This document shows positions 12,079-24,258 of a stretch of DNA of 64,000 bases, piece after piece (position 1 is the first letter of the stretch; every line of letters begins with the position of its first letter). Source of the stretch: Tubiluchus corallicola. Lineage: Eukaryota; Animalia; Priapulida. Location: positions 186,001-250,000 of the forward strand of contig JAQGDQ010000320.1 in NCBI GenBank assembly GCA_030141605.1, read 5' to 3'. Made by a program: the position numbers and the translations under genes. The notes under the pieces are model-generated. The model searched no databases, was not told where the DNA came from, and worked only from the letters and a program-made list of their open reading frames with translations.

Positions 12079-12141
12079 AGTCTTACAGCAATAGGTTACT
12101 GCCCAACACTGATGAATGGCTACGATTTTTTTAACACTTAC

Positions 12142-12289
12142 TCGTTGCGAAGTCCTTTGAATATCTGCACAAACAGCTTTCCGATGACGTCGAGAACCTC
12201 GTGGTAGTGATAGTTGAACGCCATTTCCATATCCAGACCAACAAACTCCGTCAGATGCCGATGAGTATTTGAGTCTTCTGCTCTAAATA
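12142..12289 (-). CDS. DARS1: DARS1 exon 9 (class II motif 2)
   Basis: (V)[48 protein letters not shown]; tttctag / gtaag; 148 nt. Confidence 0.96.
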
Positions 12290-12674
12290 CTAGAAAAAAT
12301 GAAAAACGTTGAGGCTGCCCTTCTTTATGCTAACGACTAACTTAATCAGAGGTATGTCCATTTAGAGGAAATCTCAGTATTTTATCCGTAGAATCTCTTA
12401 ATTTAATATTGAAATAAAAAGAACAATTTATTGTACAATTCATCTGACAATAGTGACAGCAAAGGTGTTTATGAGCACACAACAAATCCCGGTAATATGA
12501 TTCGACTTATGACAAAACTCTCAGTAGTACGATGATTTTATTATGTTCCTGTCGAGATTATAATAAAACGTATGTAATCACGCTTGCAGTTAATACGAAA
12601 CTCATTACTACGAAATCCCCATTTGTGTGATGATTTCTCAAAGTCCAGCAATACGAGTTCAATATAAAAGAACA

Positions 12675-14309
12675 CTTGTAATACGATTTCTGCTGTGGAC
12701 CGCCCCAGGTGTCTAGACTTGTAATACGATTTCTGCTGTGGACCGCCCCAGGTGTCTAGACTTGTAATACGATTTCTGCTGTGGACCGCCCCTGGTGTCT
12801 AGACTTGTAATACGATTTCTGCTGTGGACCGCCCCAGGTGTCTAGACTTGTAATACGATTTCTGCTGTGGACCGCCCCTGGTGTCTAGACTTGTAATACG
12901 ATTTCTGCTGTGGACCGCCCCAGGTGTCTAGACTTGTAATACGATTTCTGCTGTGGACCGCCCCAGGTGTCTAGACTTGTAATACGATTTCTGCTGTGGA
13001 CCGCCCCTGGTGTCTAGACTTGTAATACGATTTCTGCTGTGGACCGCCCCAGGTGTCTAGACTTGTAATACGATTTCTGCTGTGGACCGCCCCAGGTGTC
13101 TAGACTTGTAATACGATTTCTGCTGTGGACCGCCCCTGGTGTCTAGACTTGTAATACGATTTCTGCTGTGGACCGCCCCAGGTGTCTAGACTTGTAATAC
13201 GATTTCTGCTGTGGACCGCCCCTGGTGTCTAGACTTGTAATACGATTTCTGCTGTGGACCGCCCCAGGTGTCTAGACTTGTAATACGATTTCTGCTGTGG
13301 ACCGCCCCTGGTGTCTAGACTTGTAATACGATTTCTGCTGTGGACCGCCCCAGGTGTCTAGACTTGTAATACGATTTCTGCTGTGGACCGCCCCTGGTGT
13401 CTAGACTTGTAATACGATTTCTGCTGTGGACCGCCCCAGGTGTCTAGACTTGTAATACGATTTCTGCTGTGGACCGCCCCAGGTGTCTAGACTTGTAATA
13501 CGATTTCTGCTGTGGACCGCCCCTGGTGTCTAGACTTGTAATACGATTTCTGCTGTGGACCGCCCCAGGTGTCTAGACTTGTAATACGATTTCTGCTGTG
13601 GACCGCCCCTGGTGTCTAGACTTGTAATACGATTTCTGCTGTGGACCGCCCCAGGTGTCTAGACTTGTAATACGATTTCTGCTGTGGACCGCCCCTGGTG
13701 TCTAGACTTGTAATACGATTTCTGCTGTGGACCGCCCCAGGTGTCTAGACTTGTAATACGATTTCTGCTGTGGACCGCCCCAGGTGTCTAGACTTGTAAT
13801 ACGATTTCTGCTGTGGACCGCCCCTGGTGTCTAGACTTGTAATACGATTTCTGCTGTGGACCGCCCCAGGTGTCTAGACTTGTAATACGATTTCTGCTGT
13901 GGACCGCCCCTGGTGTCTAGACTTGTAATACGATTTCTGCTGTGGACCGCCCCAGGTGTCTAGACTTGTAATACGATTTCTGCTGTGGACCGCCCCTGGT
14001 GTCTAGACTTGTAATACGATTTCTGCTGTGGACCGCCCCAGGTGTCTAGACTTGTAATACGATTTCTGCTGTGGACCGCCCCAGGTGTCTAGACTTGTAA
14101 TACGATTTCTGCTGTGGACCGCCCCTGGTGTCTAGACTTGTAATACGATTTCTGCTGTGGACCGCCCCAGGTGTCTAGACTTGTAATACGATTTCTGCTG
14201 TGGACCGCCCCCGGTGTCTAGACTTGTAATACGATTTCTGCTGTGGACCGCCCCCGGTGTCTAGACTTGTAATACGATTTCTGCTGTGGACCACCCCAGG
14301 TGTCTAGAC
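12675..14309. repeat. 43-bp minisatellite, 38 copies, with higher-order pattern
   Basis: Unit ACTTGTAATACGATTTCTGCTGTGGACCGCCCC(A/T)GGTGTCTAG; essentially one variable site; no spacers. Confidence 0.97.
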
Positions 14310-14669
14310 ACTCATCACCTGTTGCCAATGGCGTCCGTAGCTTAGTTCATTGTTTTTACACGTCGCCATGCGTCATAACATGATGCACGTATGTACAGTA
14401 TCACAGCTGGGCTTACTCTTGATTTAATCAGTCAGCTGCGAAGCTATAAATACCAGGCAATCAAATTATTGATTTCTGAAAAAAAACTTCAGTTTTCCAC
14501 TCTGACAAAAATTTGCCATTATAGTTTAAATCACCTATTTTTTTACTGCCAGCTGCTTACAGGTATCCAGTTATACATGCCAAAGCAGCAAAAGGTCATA
14601 CAGCACAGACTCTCTTTCACCACTAATCCTCTTACTTGCAGTCTTGCTTCTACTAGACTGACTGGCAGC

Positions 14670-15004
14670 TAGGGGTGAGCATTCTCTACCAGAAACCGAA
14701 TTCGAATTGAGATTGAATGATTTTCGGACAAGTTTTTGAACCACCAGTAAAAATTAGTCTTACAAAGATCATGCATATCACTAGATTTTGTTCTGCAATA
14801 AAACGAGTAGTAATTTGCTTAAAGTTGTGCGCAGAAATAACAACTAAATTATGCTAATTGCATGATGTTTCAATCGTTTTAATGATCAGGAACATATGTG
14901 ATTGAAGTGCTGAATTATTCGAATCTAGAGTTTTGGATTCGAATCGAGTTCGAACTAAAAAAAACTCATGCGAATCGAACTCGAACGTTCGATGCTCACC
15001 CCTA
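14670..15004. mobile_element. hAT-type MITE (TAGGGGTGAGCA ends)
   Basis: TIRs TAGGGGTGAGCAT / ATGCTCACCCCTA; perfect 8-bp TSD CTGGCAGC; TTCGAA-rich subtermini; copies at about 42630 and 45571. Confidence 0.9.
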
Positions 15005-15582
15005 CTGGCAGCATGTTATTTGTAATTTGTACTTGTGGGAAACGGGGTTAAATAACCTTAAATCATGTTCACTGATCATATAACAACTAATGTAGAGGCT
15101 ACAGGCGTCATATAATTGCTATTCTACATTAGAAATAACATTAACGTAACATTAATAAAAATGTATGTAATGGTTAGTAGTTTACGAAATCCGCTTAACA
15201 CAAAAAAATATCTGGGTTTCGTGAAAATCGTATTACCGGGATTCGACTGTTTTATCTACTGAATCGGTCCCTGGTACACGCTGTACACTCGACACTTCTT
15301 CACTTAAAGGTGAAAACGTTAAAGTAATTGTTTTATACACAGTTTCAGCAATAATGTTGTTATTTTGGGTTAACATGATGCACAAGCCATTCAAAGATAT
15401 GAGTCAGTATTTAAAAAACAGAGTAAATTTGCCAAATAAAAAAAGACTCTAAATCTGTCGTGTAAAAAAAACAGATTACTCCAACACTAAAAAGTGTCAT
15501 GCCGAAAGAACATTATTTATATTGTAAGAAGTGTATTTATATTCACATATTACAGTCAGATTTATAGATGTAACTATACATG

Positions 15583-16137
15583 CAGGGATGAGAATTTTCT
15601 GCGGATACGCGGAATTCCGAGTTTTTGGAAGACCAGTAGTGCCATTTTTGTAAATCGCGTAAATTCGTTGAGAAAATTTTACGGACCTAGTACATAATGC
15701 ATTATTTCACAAGCTGACCGCTAGTTGGCAGGCCGTCACTTTGTTTACATCACGTACATCAGTGTAACCACGTGTTTATCTCTTTGTATAAAAATATAGA
15801 ATCAATTGTGCGGAGTTATTTGAGTCAATTGCAGACAGTTTTTATATACTTTTGCATAGGAGCGGCCAGTACTTGGGCATTTTTGAGACAATTAGGTATC
15901 ATGTATCCTTGATAGTTGGGTATTTTAAATTATGCATGAAACAAGGTAATTGATATTTTAAGTCCACTTAGAGGCTCTCTATGGTCACAAAATTGCAATT
16001 TATTGCTGGCTCCAAGGGGGTTTTGTCCCTCAACCCCACCGAGGGCTTTACCCCTCAACCCCATTGGGGGCCTAGGCAGCCCCAAAACCTCCGGCCTATT
16101 TCACGAGTTTTTTTACAATTTGTCATTCTCATCCCTG
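15583..16137. mobile_element. TIR MITE (CAGGGATGAGAA ends), copy 2
   Basis: Highly similar to 11584-12078 with the same TIRs; flanks TACATG/TAAATT are an imperfect match. Confidence 0.85.
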
Positions 16138-16170
16138 TAAATTTATAGTCAGACATTAATTAATGTTTAC

Positions 16171-16305
16171 CTTGTCCAACTGTAAAAACCTTCTCAAAAT
16201 CACCGGTGATTGCCATTTGCTTGTACAACTGTGGAGACTGTGCAAGGTAGGCGCTGGACTTGAAATAACTAACTTCAAACACATTTGCACCACCTTCACT
16301 GGCAG
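16171..16305 (-). CDS. DARS1: DARS1 exon 8
   Basis: (A)[44 protein letters not shown]; ttcccag / gtaaac; 135 nt. Confidence 0.96.
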
Positions 16306-16689
16306 CTGGGAACAAGTAAAACAAAATCCGTCGGTAACTGATCATTTACGTTTGTCGTTTTGCATAACAAACTTGTAAAAACCAGCAGCAATGCGCGATA
16401 ATGAAAACGTTTAGAAACACAGAAGAGACATTTAGCAAAAAGATTACATTGCCTTCTCATAAACTATTCTTACTGTGGAAATTGTAACTGTATATTTTTA
16501 TGTGCTGCCATCTATTAACTAATCACTTTACATTTTACTAGCTAAACTCACCCCTAGTATAATTGTTGGGTCCAGTGAATATGCATATTCACTGGATCTC
16601 TCCCTATTTTACTGTAATGGTAATTGTGAAGCCAAGTTTGCATAATTACCTATACCTATATATACTGACTGGATTCTACTTCTAGTCAC

Positions 16690-17200
16690 TCTCTAACTCA
16701 CGCTCTCAATGCAGTGCAGAAGTCATGCTAGTCGTGCTACACAACTATCTAACTCACACTCTCAGTGCAGTGCAGCAGTCGTGATACTCATGTCACTTAC
16801 TGTCTAACTCTCAGTGCAGTGCAGCAGTCGTGATACTCATGTTACTTACTGTGTAACTCTCAGTGCAGTGCAGCAGTCGTGATACTCATGTCACTCACTG
16901 TCTAACTCTCAGTGTTCAGTGCAGGACACTCTTGTTCTCAGTGCAGCAGTCGAGATCCTCATGTTACTTACTGTCTAACTCTCAGTGCAGTGCAGCAGTC
17001 GTGATACTCATGTTACTTACTGTGTAACTCTCAGTGCAGTGCAGCAGTCGTGATACTCATGTCACTCACTGTCTAACTCTCAGTGTTCAGTGCAGGACAC
17101 TCTTGTTCTCAGTGCAGCAGTCGAGATCCTCATGTTACTTACTGTCTAACTCTCAGTGATCAGTGCAGGACACTCTTGTTCTCAGTGTTCAGTGTAGCAG
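16690..17200. repeat. Complex tandem repeat (about 50-bp units with larger duplicated blocks)
   Basis: Recurrent ctcagtgcagtgcagcagtcgtgatactcatgttacttactgtctaact, interspersed with cagtgcaggacactcttgtt. Confidence 0.85.
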
Positions 17201-17356
17201 TCATTCTACATATGTGTATGTAGTTTAATAAATGCTTTCAGTTTTGTGCAGATATGTAGTTTAGTGTTTTATTCTTTTTCTACAAAGTGTTCAACTACAA
17301 CCTCATACATGACTTTCACACTCGTTATAACACTCCCCTTTATAATGCCAACCTCA

Positions 17357-18290
17357 CAGTGGCGTAGCAAGTGCTTCTGGCGGCCTTCTCTTTTAATTGT
17401 TTTGCTCATTCATTTTGTGGATGAAGCCACAAATTATGCTCGTTTTTGAGTCCCTGAGCCAACTTTCCTTTTTTGACAGGATGGGATAAAGATAAACAAT
17501 TTTTCTAAGAATCACCCTAAGTTTGCGGTACTGCAGCAGAGTAACTCTTTTCTATGCATTAGTTGCGCGTAACACGACAGTACTTAAACATGCAGCTGCA
17601 GTATTAAAACATACAAAGATCGTGAAAGATACAGAACACTATAGAATTTCCCAATAATAAATTGTCGCTGTTTCTCCCAAAATTATCGATCTACTAAGCC
17701 ACACGACACCTTACGCATGCCATTCATTAACAACATTAGCCTTTTATAGCTAGACTGCATGTAGCAGTTAAATCACCTACGATGATTTCTGCCTAAGCAA
17801 TTTCGTTGCTGCTTGAAAACTTTTGTTTCAGGTTAGTAATTAATGACTAACATTCTCGGTGAATTCTGAGCAATCACCCTTGCGCCCAGGGGCTAATGCC
17901 CCCATTGCCTCCACCTTGCTACAGCTCTGCAACCTCTCGGTGAATTCTCAGCAATCACCCTTGCACCCAGGAGGGGGCTAATGCCCCCATTGCCTCCACC
18001 TTGCTACGCCTCTGCAACCTCTCGGTGAATTCTGAGCAATCACCCTTGCACCCAGGGGCTAATGCCCCCATTGCCTCCACCTTGCTACAGCTCTGCAACC
18101 TCTCGGTGAATTCTGAGCAATCACCCTTGCACCCAGGGGCTAATGCCCCCATTGCCTCCACCTTGCTACGGCTCTGCAACCTCTCGGTGAATTCTGAGCA
18201 ATCACCCTTGCACCCAGGGGCTAATGCCCCCATCGCCTCCACCTTGCTACGGCTCTGCAACCTCTCGGTGAATTCTGAGCAATCACCCTT
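17357..18290. mobile_element. hAT-type MITE whose right terminus is tandemly amplified
   Basis: Left TIR CAGTGGCGTAGCAAG is preceded by CAACCTCA; each unit of the downstream array ends CTTGCTAC(A/G)GCTCTG followed by CAACCTC. Confidence 0.7.
17853..18290. repeat. 81-bp tandem repeat, about 5.3 copies
   Basis: Unit ctcggtgaattctgagcaatcacccttgcacccaggggctaatgcccccattgcctccaccttgctacggctctgcaacct. Confidence 0.93.
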
Positions 18291-18538
18291 TTTGGCGTTT
18301 GCACATAGATTTACGTATTAGCGCACTTTGTTTTAATGTCAAACTCACTTAATGCCAACTTTTTTGCAGCCACATTGTAGTCGGTATAAAAACGTTTCAT
18401 TGTATAATGACGTAATACAGAAGTAGCTAAAATCAACGACTCATTTTCACTGGAATCGAAATTACACAATAAACATTACAGGCCTATGATTAAATGCACA
18501 AGTACTGCTGAATTGTCTAGCGGTATACTTATAGTTAA

Positions 18539-18990
18539 CCCTTTCAGTCCCAAATTATTTTTTTACTAAGAAAATTTTTTTTAGCTTAGTACTTTTGTTC
18601 AGTATGTCCATCTCGTTTACACATAATAATTGTTTTTTTCTACCTGTGCCCGTGTGCTAAATATAGCCTGTATCCCATGGGATACATTGGGATTCAATGG
18701 AAGCATAAAATGTGCTTCATTTTGTAACTGCTGATAATTTTTTAAAGTATTTAAGACATTTAGTATGCATGCTATGCTGATCTGTACAAAGTCGTCTCTA
18801 AAGTACTGTACCTTGCACAGTTTTTTATGCTATGTAGATTTTCTAGTTTGCCATTTTATCACCATTTTTAGTCTATTGTTATTGGCTTAAATCAAAATAA
18901 CTATTAACAGATCAAATAACTGTCAGTTTTAAAATTTTATTAATTTTAAGGGCAGAAAATATCCCACGGGATACAACGGGTGTGAAAGGG
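18539..18990. mobile_element. piggyBac-type MITE
   Basis: TTAA-CCCTTTCAG ... GTGAAAGGG-TTAA, with internal inverted ATCCCA(T/C)GGGAT motifs. Confidence 0.8.
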
Positions 18991-19240
18991 TTAACAAGAT
19001 TTTGTTTACAATTTTCGTCATCATCACTGAAATGTGACACAGATGTCGTCAGCATTCCAGGAAGGGACACAGTCAACCGTTAGAGGCATTTTAAACACAA
19101 TTTTTAGCATTGGAATCAAAGAAATGTTTCACTACAGCTACAAATTCTACTACCTTCTCACAAAAGATCAGATCAACAAACTACACATCGCAAAACCACA
19201 AATAACACCGCGGAACACTAACGTAGCAAGACAACCTCAC

Positions 19241-19418
19241 CCGAAATAATTTTTGGAGTGTGAATCTCCGTAAAGCCCCACCCGGTGAGCGTTTGCCGAA
19301 ACAAACGACAGACGCCGGCCTCGAGGCGAAATATCGCCTGATTAGTCGGCGTCCTGAGATCTAGAATTCTGTTGTCTAGTCTTGTATCTTGGTTGACCTT
19401 AGCTCTCCCCTCTTCATC
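19241..19418 (-). CDS. DARS1: DARS1 exon 7 (class II motif 1)
   Basis: [59 protein letters not shown]; cacag / gtgagg; 178 nt. Confidence 0.96.
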
Positions 19419-19830
19419 CTGTGAGAAAATAACACAGAAAAAAACTTTTATGACATCACTGTCATGGTTATGTGTGCACAGTAAAACTGATCATATGACA
19501 ATATATATGGTGCAAAACAATTGATGGGTTACAGTGAATTTTTTTATCTTGTTCAATTTCGTTAAAGGAGCTTTCTGCTTTATCGGAGTGAAAAAAACGA
19601 CATGCACCCAGGGGGCAGGCAAGTGCCACTAAAAGTGAACTCGATTAAGTTAGAAGTACAGTGGGTGCCGCTTAATAGACTCACTTTGGGATGGAAGTGT
19701 TTTGACGCAATTAACCGACTGAATCAGTTAGCTGACCGGTGTAGCACATTGCTACTATAGAAGTACGAGTCATCACTCCTCACTGTAGCATGCATTGCAA
19801 AGACTTTAAATGAATTTTAGAACGAGAAAA

Positions 19831-20179
19831 TGTTGTGTTTTGTTTCTCTCGGAAGGCTCGTAGAGAAAACCAGAAAACACGTGGTCAAATTAAACTAGTT
19901 TATTAAGCGAGAATTCTACAACGCAATAGTATGAAGGAACACGAAATGATTACAGTAAACGTGAAAATCTGTAAATACAAGTATACAAGAGAATGTGGAA
20001 GTGGCGTCTGTGTGAATCCGTGTGCTCCCGTCTCAGCGGCCAGCTTCGCCTTATATAGCGTGCCCGAGAAGCTTCTAGAAGTTTCTTTCCAGAACTTCTA
20101 CACAGTAAGACAATTATTCTAACGGAACATTCTACAATGTTCTATTTAATTCTAATAGATACCAGCGATCTCCACAACA
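19831..20179 (-). mobile_element. Solo LTR
   Basis: Bounded by TGTTGTG...CACAACA; the minus strand has TATATAAG followed by AATAAA in LTR order; no clean TSD. Confidence 0.7.
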
Positions 20180-20515
20180 GTAAGAAAATAAAAAAATCAC
20201 ATAAATCTGATTATTACCCCTAAAAATTACAAAAATTCCTGCAAGGTCGGTTTGCTTCATTTCTTCAGGAAGAATTTGGTTTGTGAAATTCTGATACTGA
20301 TAAAACATTGAGAATCTGCTACTGTATGCTGCACATATTCAAGCAAAGCACCTAGTCCTTAGACTGCAGTTGGTGATGACATTGGTTCCCCTGTGAAGAA
20401 CAATAGGGACTTAAAAAGGACACCTCTAGACAATGATTAAATGTTTTAGCTTTCAGAAATTCTTGGGTAACGAGGTTAATTGTAGTGGGCGAGCAGGTAA
20501 CCGATTCATAGCAAA

Positions 20516-20706
20516 ACTGCTAAGCTTGCATATTAGCGTATGACTGCTAGGCTAGCATATTAGCGTATGACTGCTAGGCTTGCATATTAGCGTATGACTG
20601 CTAAGCTTGCATATTAGCGTATGACTGCTAGGCTAGCATATTAGCATATGACTGCTAGGCTTGCATATTAGCGTATGACTGCTAGGCTAGCATATTAGCG
20701 CATGAT
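20516..20706. repeat. 27-bp tandem repeat, about 7 copies
   Basis: Unit actgcta(a/g)gct(a/t)gcatattagcgtatg. Confidence 0.92.
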
Positions 20707-21167
20707 AAATGTACATGTTTACAAAGCTGCACTTAACATGACTGTTTCTATGTATACTATAGTGCACAAAATCGACATAAAGGTGACATAAAAGCAGCAA
20801 AAGTGCCTTATTTTAAGTACATGAATGAAAAATATTGAGTCAATTATGCAGAGTTATTTGAGTCAAATGTAGACAGTTTTTATATACATTTGAACTGGAG
20901 TGGCCCGAACCAGGCATTTTTGAGTCAATTATGTGATTGATTCTATTAACCGTGAGTCTAATAAGCGGCGCCTACAGTATTTTACAGGTAAAGTGAGCTT
21001 AGTTCAAATTGCTTCCGGCCAGAATAAACTTTATCCAAGTTCTAGTTCACAATCAACTTCAAAGGCCATGTCAGCAGTGAGTACCTAAATTGCACCACTA
21101 ATGAATTACGATCGTAGGTCTACACATGTAATTATTTAGCTAATACATTCTGGAATGCATCTTACGA

Positions 21168-21353
21168 ATTTGGCTTATTTTGGCTACTTTTTACTTTTGC
21201 ATTTGGCTAAATTTGGCTGTTTTGGGCTACTTTTTACTTGTGGATTTGGCTAAATTTGGCTGTTTTTGGCTACTTTTTACTTTTGGATTTGGCTAAATTT
21301 GGCTGTTTTGTCAGAAATTTGGCTTACGAGAAACTCCATCATCGGCAACCCTG
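21168..21353. mobile_element. Right end of a TIR element with tandem subterminal repeats
   Basis: Repeated tttggctactttttacttttggatttggctaaatttggctgtt ending in GGCAACCCTG. Confidence 0.5.
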
Positions 21354-21759
21354 CCTAAAGATCATGCATATGGAGCATTGGCATAAATTAACCCCGTTAT
21401 GGCCTGCAAGTCGAGTAATAGAAATTGTGTATTTTCCTTTTTTCTCATTCTAAGTTTAGAACTTAACTTCAAGTTTCCCTTTTCGGTTCAGTGAACTTTG
21501 TGATTTCAAGTCACTTTTCTAATAATTATTAAGTTCATTAAAAGGTGATCGAGTTTGTCCCATCACCGCATGTAAGTAAATGTAATGTAAAATTTATTCA
21601 TATAGCACACTACATCATCTAAAATTTCAGCACGCTGAAAAAATAAAATACATTCAAAATTCATAAGAAACACAAAATTTAAAAGACATTGAAAAATTAA
21701 AAATCATTCATTATAAAAAGCACAATTTAAACAAACGTGTTTTAAGATGTTATTTAAAT

Positions 21760-22316
21760 CAGGGGTGTGCAAATTGCGGCCCGCCGAGAGAATTTGTGCG
21801 TCCCGCGAAGAGGTTTGTCAACCTAATGAAAGTGCGGCCCGGGGGCCACTTGCGACCCGCCGAGACAATTTGTGCAGCCCGCGAAGAGGTTTGTCAACCT
21901 AATGAAAGTGCGGCCCGGGTGATTAACTGAGTGTATCCAGCTGAAGTCTGTGCCATGATCCCAAAGATAGTGTGGGTAGTTTTTTCTACTAGATCGGATG
22001 CCATTAACCCTTACAAGACGGTTGTAGCTCAATGTCACTGTACTACACAGACTGTGTGATACACATTACTAATATGCATTGTAATGAAATTACCACTATC
22101 TGTCCTGAAAGTAGAAATATATGGTTTGTAATATAAATTTTAATAACTTCTAAAATAGTTTCTTGAGTGTAGTAGTAATGATGTACGCAGGTCGGATGCA
22201 AAAAATCGTTATTAGGCCTTTCTGTACTGGGGCTCCTTGATCAAACTGCCTGTGGCCCGCAGAATTGCGGTAAAGTTTAATGTGGCCCGGCTAATCAGAT
22301 AATTTGCACACCCCTG
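21760..22316. mobile_element. hAT (Charlie/Buster-like) MITE, copy 2
   Basis: Same TIRs and body as 7841-8276 with an internal duplication; flanks ATTTAAAT/GTTTAAAA. Confidence 0.9.
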
Positions 22317-22385
22317 GTTTAAAAGAATCTAATGAATTTGTAGAATGTATAACAACAGATGTATAGTAACATGCGTTGAACAAAC

Positions 22386-22460
22386 CTCATCGGCTAATGG
22401 CCTTGATGCATCTTCTATCTGCAATGGAAGTCGAGGCTCCGCAGAACTGACAACAAACAG
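22386..22460 (-). CDS. DARS1: DARS1 exon 6
   Basis: LFVVSSAEPRLPLQIEDASRPLADE; ttttcag / gtttg; 75 nt. Confidence 0.95.
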
Positions 22461-22829
22461 CTGAAAAGGCGAAAGTTCTGAATACAAACATGAAACATTA
22501 AAACAATAACGACAGATAATAGTATCCCGTGTTCTGGCTGACCGCCATTGTTAACCATAGTGTACTTCCACCTTTACAAGTTTATTATACAGTTCAGTCA
22601 TTTGTCAATAAAATAAGACCTTGACGATCTTCGAAGCCAAATATACTGTACACTGATCTCCCCAATTCTCTAGTAGTACCAAAGAGTTAAATTCGACGGA
22701 TCCGGCTTTACAAGTACCGTAATAATGGCGATCACCTTGGGCCATGACTTCTGCAATTGCGTGGCATGATTTAAGCTTTCCTATTTGCCTTGAGCACAAA
22801 TCACACCAATTGTATTGTACATAATTGTA

Positions 22830-23420
22830 CATATCGGTTTTGCCTGTGGTACTTTTTGGGACCTCGACAAGTTTCTTCGGCAGCAGCCTGCAATATCCAT
22901 TGAGACTAAACCCCGCATGTTCAAAGCCAGCGTTCTATTCACGCTGATGTAAGGCAGTGAAACCAGGGCTATCCTAGCAGAGGACGAAAGACGTCGAAAC
23001 AAAATTGCTAAGGCGCGTTCTCGGCATTAGCTATTGGGATCGATCACATCATGAACACCGAGGTCTACAGACGTGCGGGTCTCGCCGGCACATCGACAGA
23101 CTGCATCAAACATCACCGTCTGGAATATCTTGGGCTTGTCGCTCGAATGGCCCGCTCCCGCCTACCATTCATCTCCATGTTCGAGCCGGCGCCGGCGGCA
23201 ACAACACGCTGCGGCACGTGGAAGCGCCCCAGAGGAGGTCAACAAAAGCATCTCTGGCATCAAATCAAGCGCGATATTGCGTCTCTTCTTGGGCTACCAT
23301 CAAGTTTCCGATGATCTGAGAGAGCTGCCGTCGTACTGCGAGGACCGGAAGCAGCGGCGTGCAATGGTTCGGGATGCTATCTGTGCTGGCCTGCCTCCAC
23401 CTGGTGGGGACAGCAAGTAA
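22830..23420 (+). mobile_element. RTE-clade LINE, 3' part of ORF2, decayed
   Basis: Frameshifted translation ...ISIETKPRMFKASVLFTLM*GSET..LLRRVLGISYWDR..NTEVYRRAG..IKHHRLEYLGLVARM..RLP..WKRPRGG..EDRKQRRAMV, the typical RTE C-terminal signature. Confidence 0.8.
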
Positions 23421-24035
23421 ATATTGTACATAAATAGAGAAGGTATGAATGTAAAGTTCACTGCACAGAAAATTAGCATCACTGTTATGATATTAGGCCG
23501 ACCACCAAAAAAATCGTTACTTTATGAGCTCAGAAGATGTCAGTAGTCTGGGAAGTTTTGTTTCTCATTATCATATAATAATCGACTATGATAGTCTCTT
23601 TTATGTACAGTATGAACGTATGTTTTCATAATTATGGTATAAGCGGCAACACTAGTCGACCGTTAATACGCTGATTTGGTGGAAAATACGATACTTTTAG
23701 CCTCCAATATGATAATCAGTATCATATGGGACGGCAAGCCTACCCGAGACTTAGCCATAAAAAACATGGTTGCGTTCTCAGTAAAACAACATTGTTATAA
23801 TAATCATTGCATTTTAAATTTAAAAAATATGCTTTTATATGGCTATGTTAGGTTAAGTATATGAACATACAAAAAATATTATAAAATTCCCGACTGGATG
23901 TGAGATAAAAAAATGTTACCCGGGCGATTATAAGGAAACAGAAGTATTTTTATTGTCGGTCTTAACACTGATAGTTATGATAGAAGTAACACAAAGATAA
24001 TGTCCTCACAAATATTGAGGCACAAAATAACACAC

Positions 24036-24138
24036 CTTCTCAACCCAAATCTCAACATCATGTTGGGAACAACCATCGACTTTTTGGGGAGATTTTTTCA
24101 CCGTGCCCTGTACGTCAATCACAGATTCTTTATTAATC
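24036..24138 (-). CDS. DARS1: DARS1 exon 5
   Basis: (M)INKESVIDVQGTVKKSPKKVDGCSQHDVEIWVEK (OB-fold); ttttctag / gtgtg; 103 nt. Confidence 0.95.
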
Positions 24139-24258
24139 CTAGAAAAAGAAATCAATTCGTACAGGTTACTGTTTATTGATTCATGTAATTATTACAAAAC
24201 GCACATTTAAATGTTTACCAAACTGATTTATTGTTCACTGTTGAACAATAGTTACTTT

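Larger units (their letters stand above)
12479..15249. mobile_element. Tigger-like element expanded by an internal minisatellite and a nested hAT MITE
   Basis: Left end AAATCCCGGTAATATGA is the inverse of right end TCGTATTACCGGGATTCGACTG; boundaries approximate. Confidence 0.55.
19659..20977. mobile_element. Tigger/pogo-like non-autonomous element containing a solo LTR and a 27-bp array
   Basis: TA-CAGTGGGTGCCGCTTAATAGACTCAC ... GTGAGTCTAATAAGCGGCGCCTACAG-TA. Confidence 0.75.

Noticed and set aside
12675-14309. CRISPR-like array (also considered for 2777-3885 and 26911-27667)
   Set aside because: Units are contiguous with no unique spacers, there are no cas genes, and the context is eukaryotic intronic or intergenic DNA.
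17955-18321. 101- and 106-aa repetitive ORFs
   Set aside because: Translation of the 81-bp tandem repeat derived from a MITE end.
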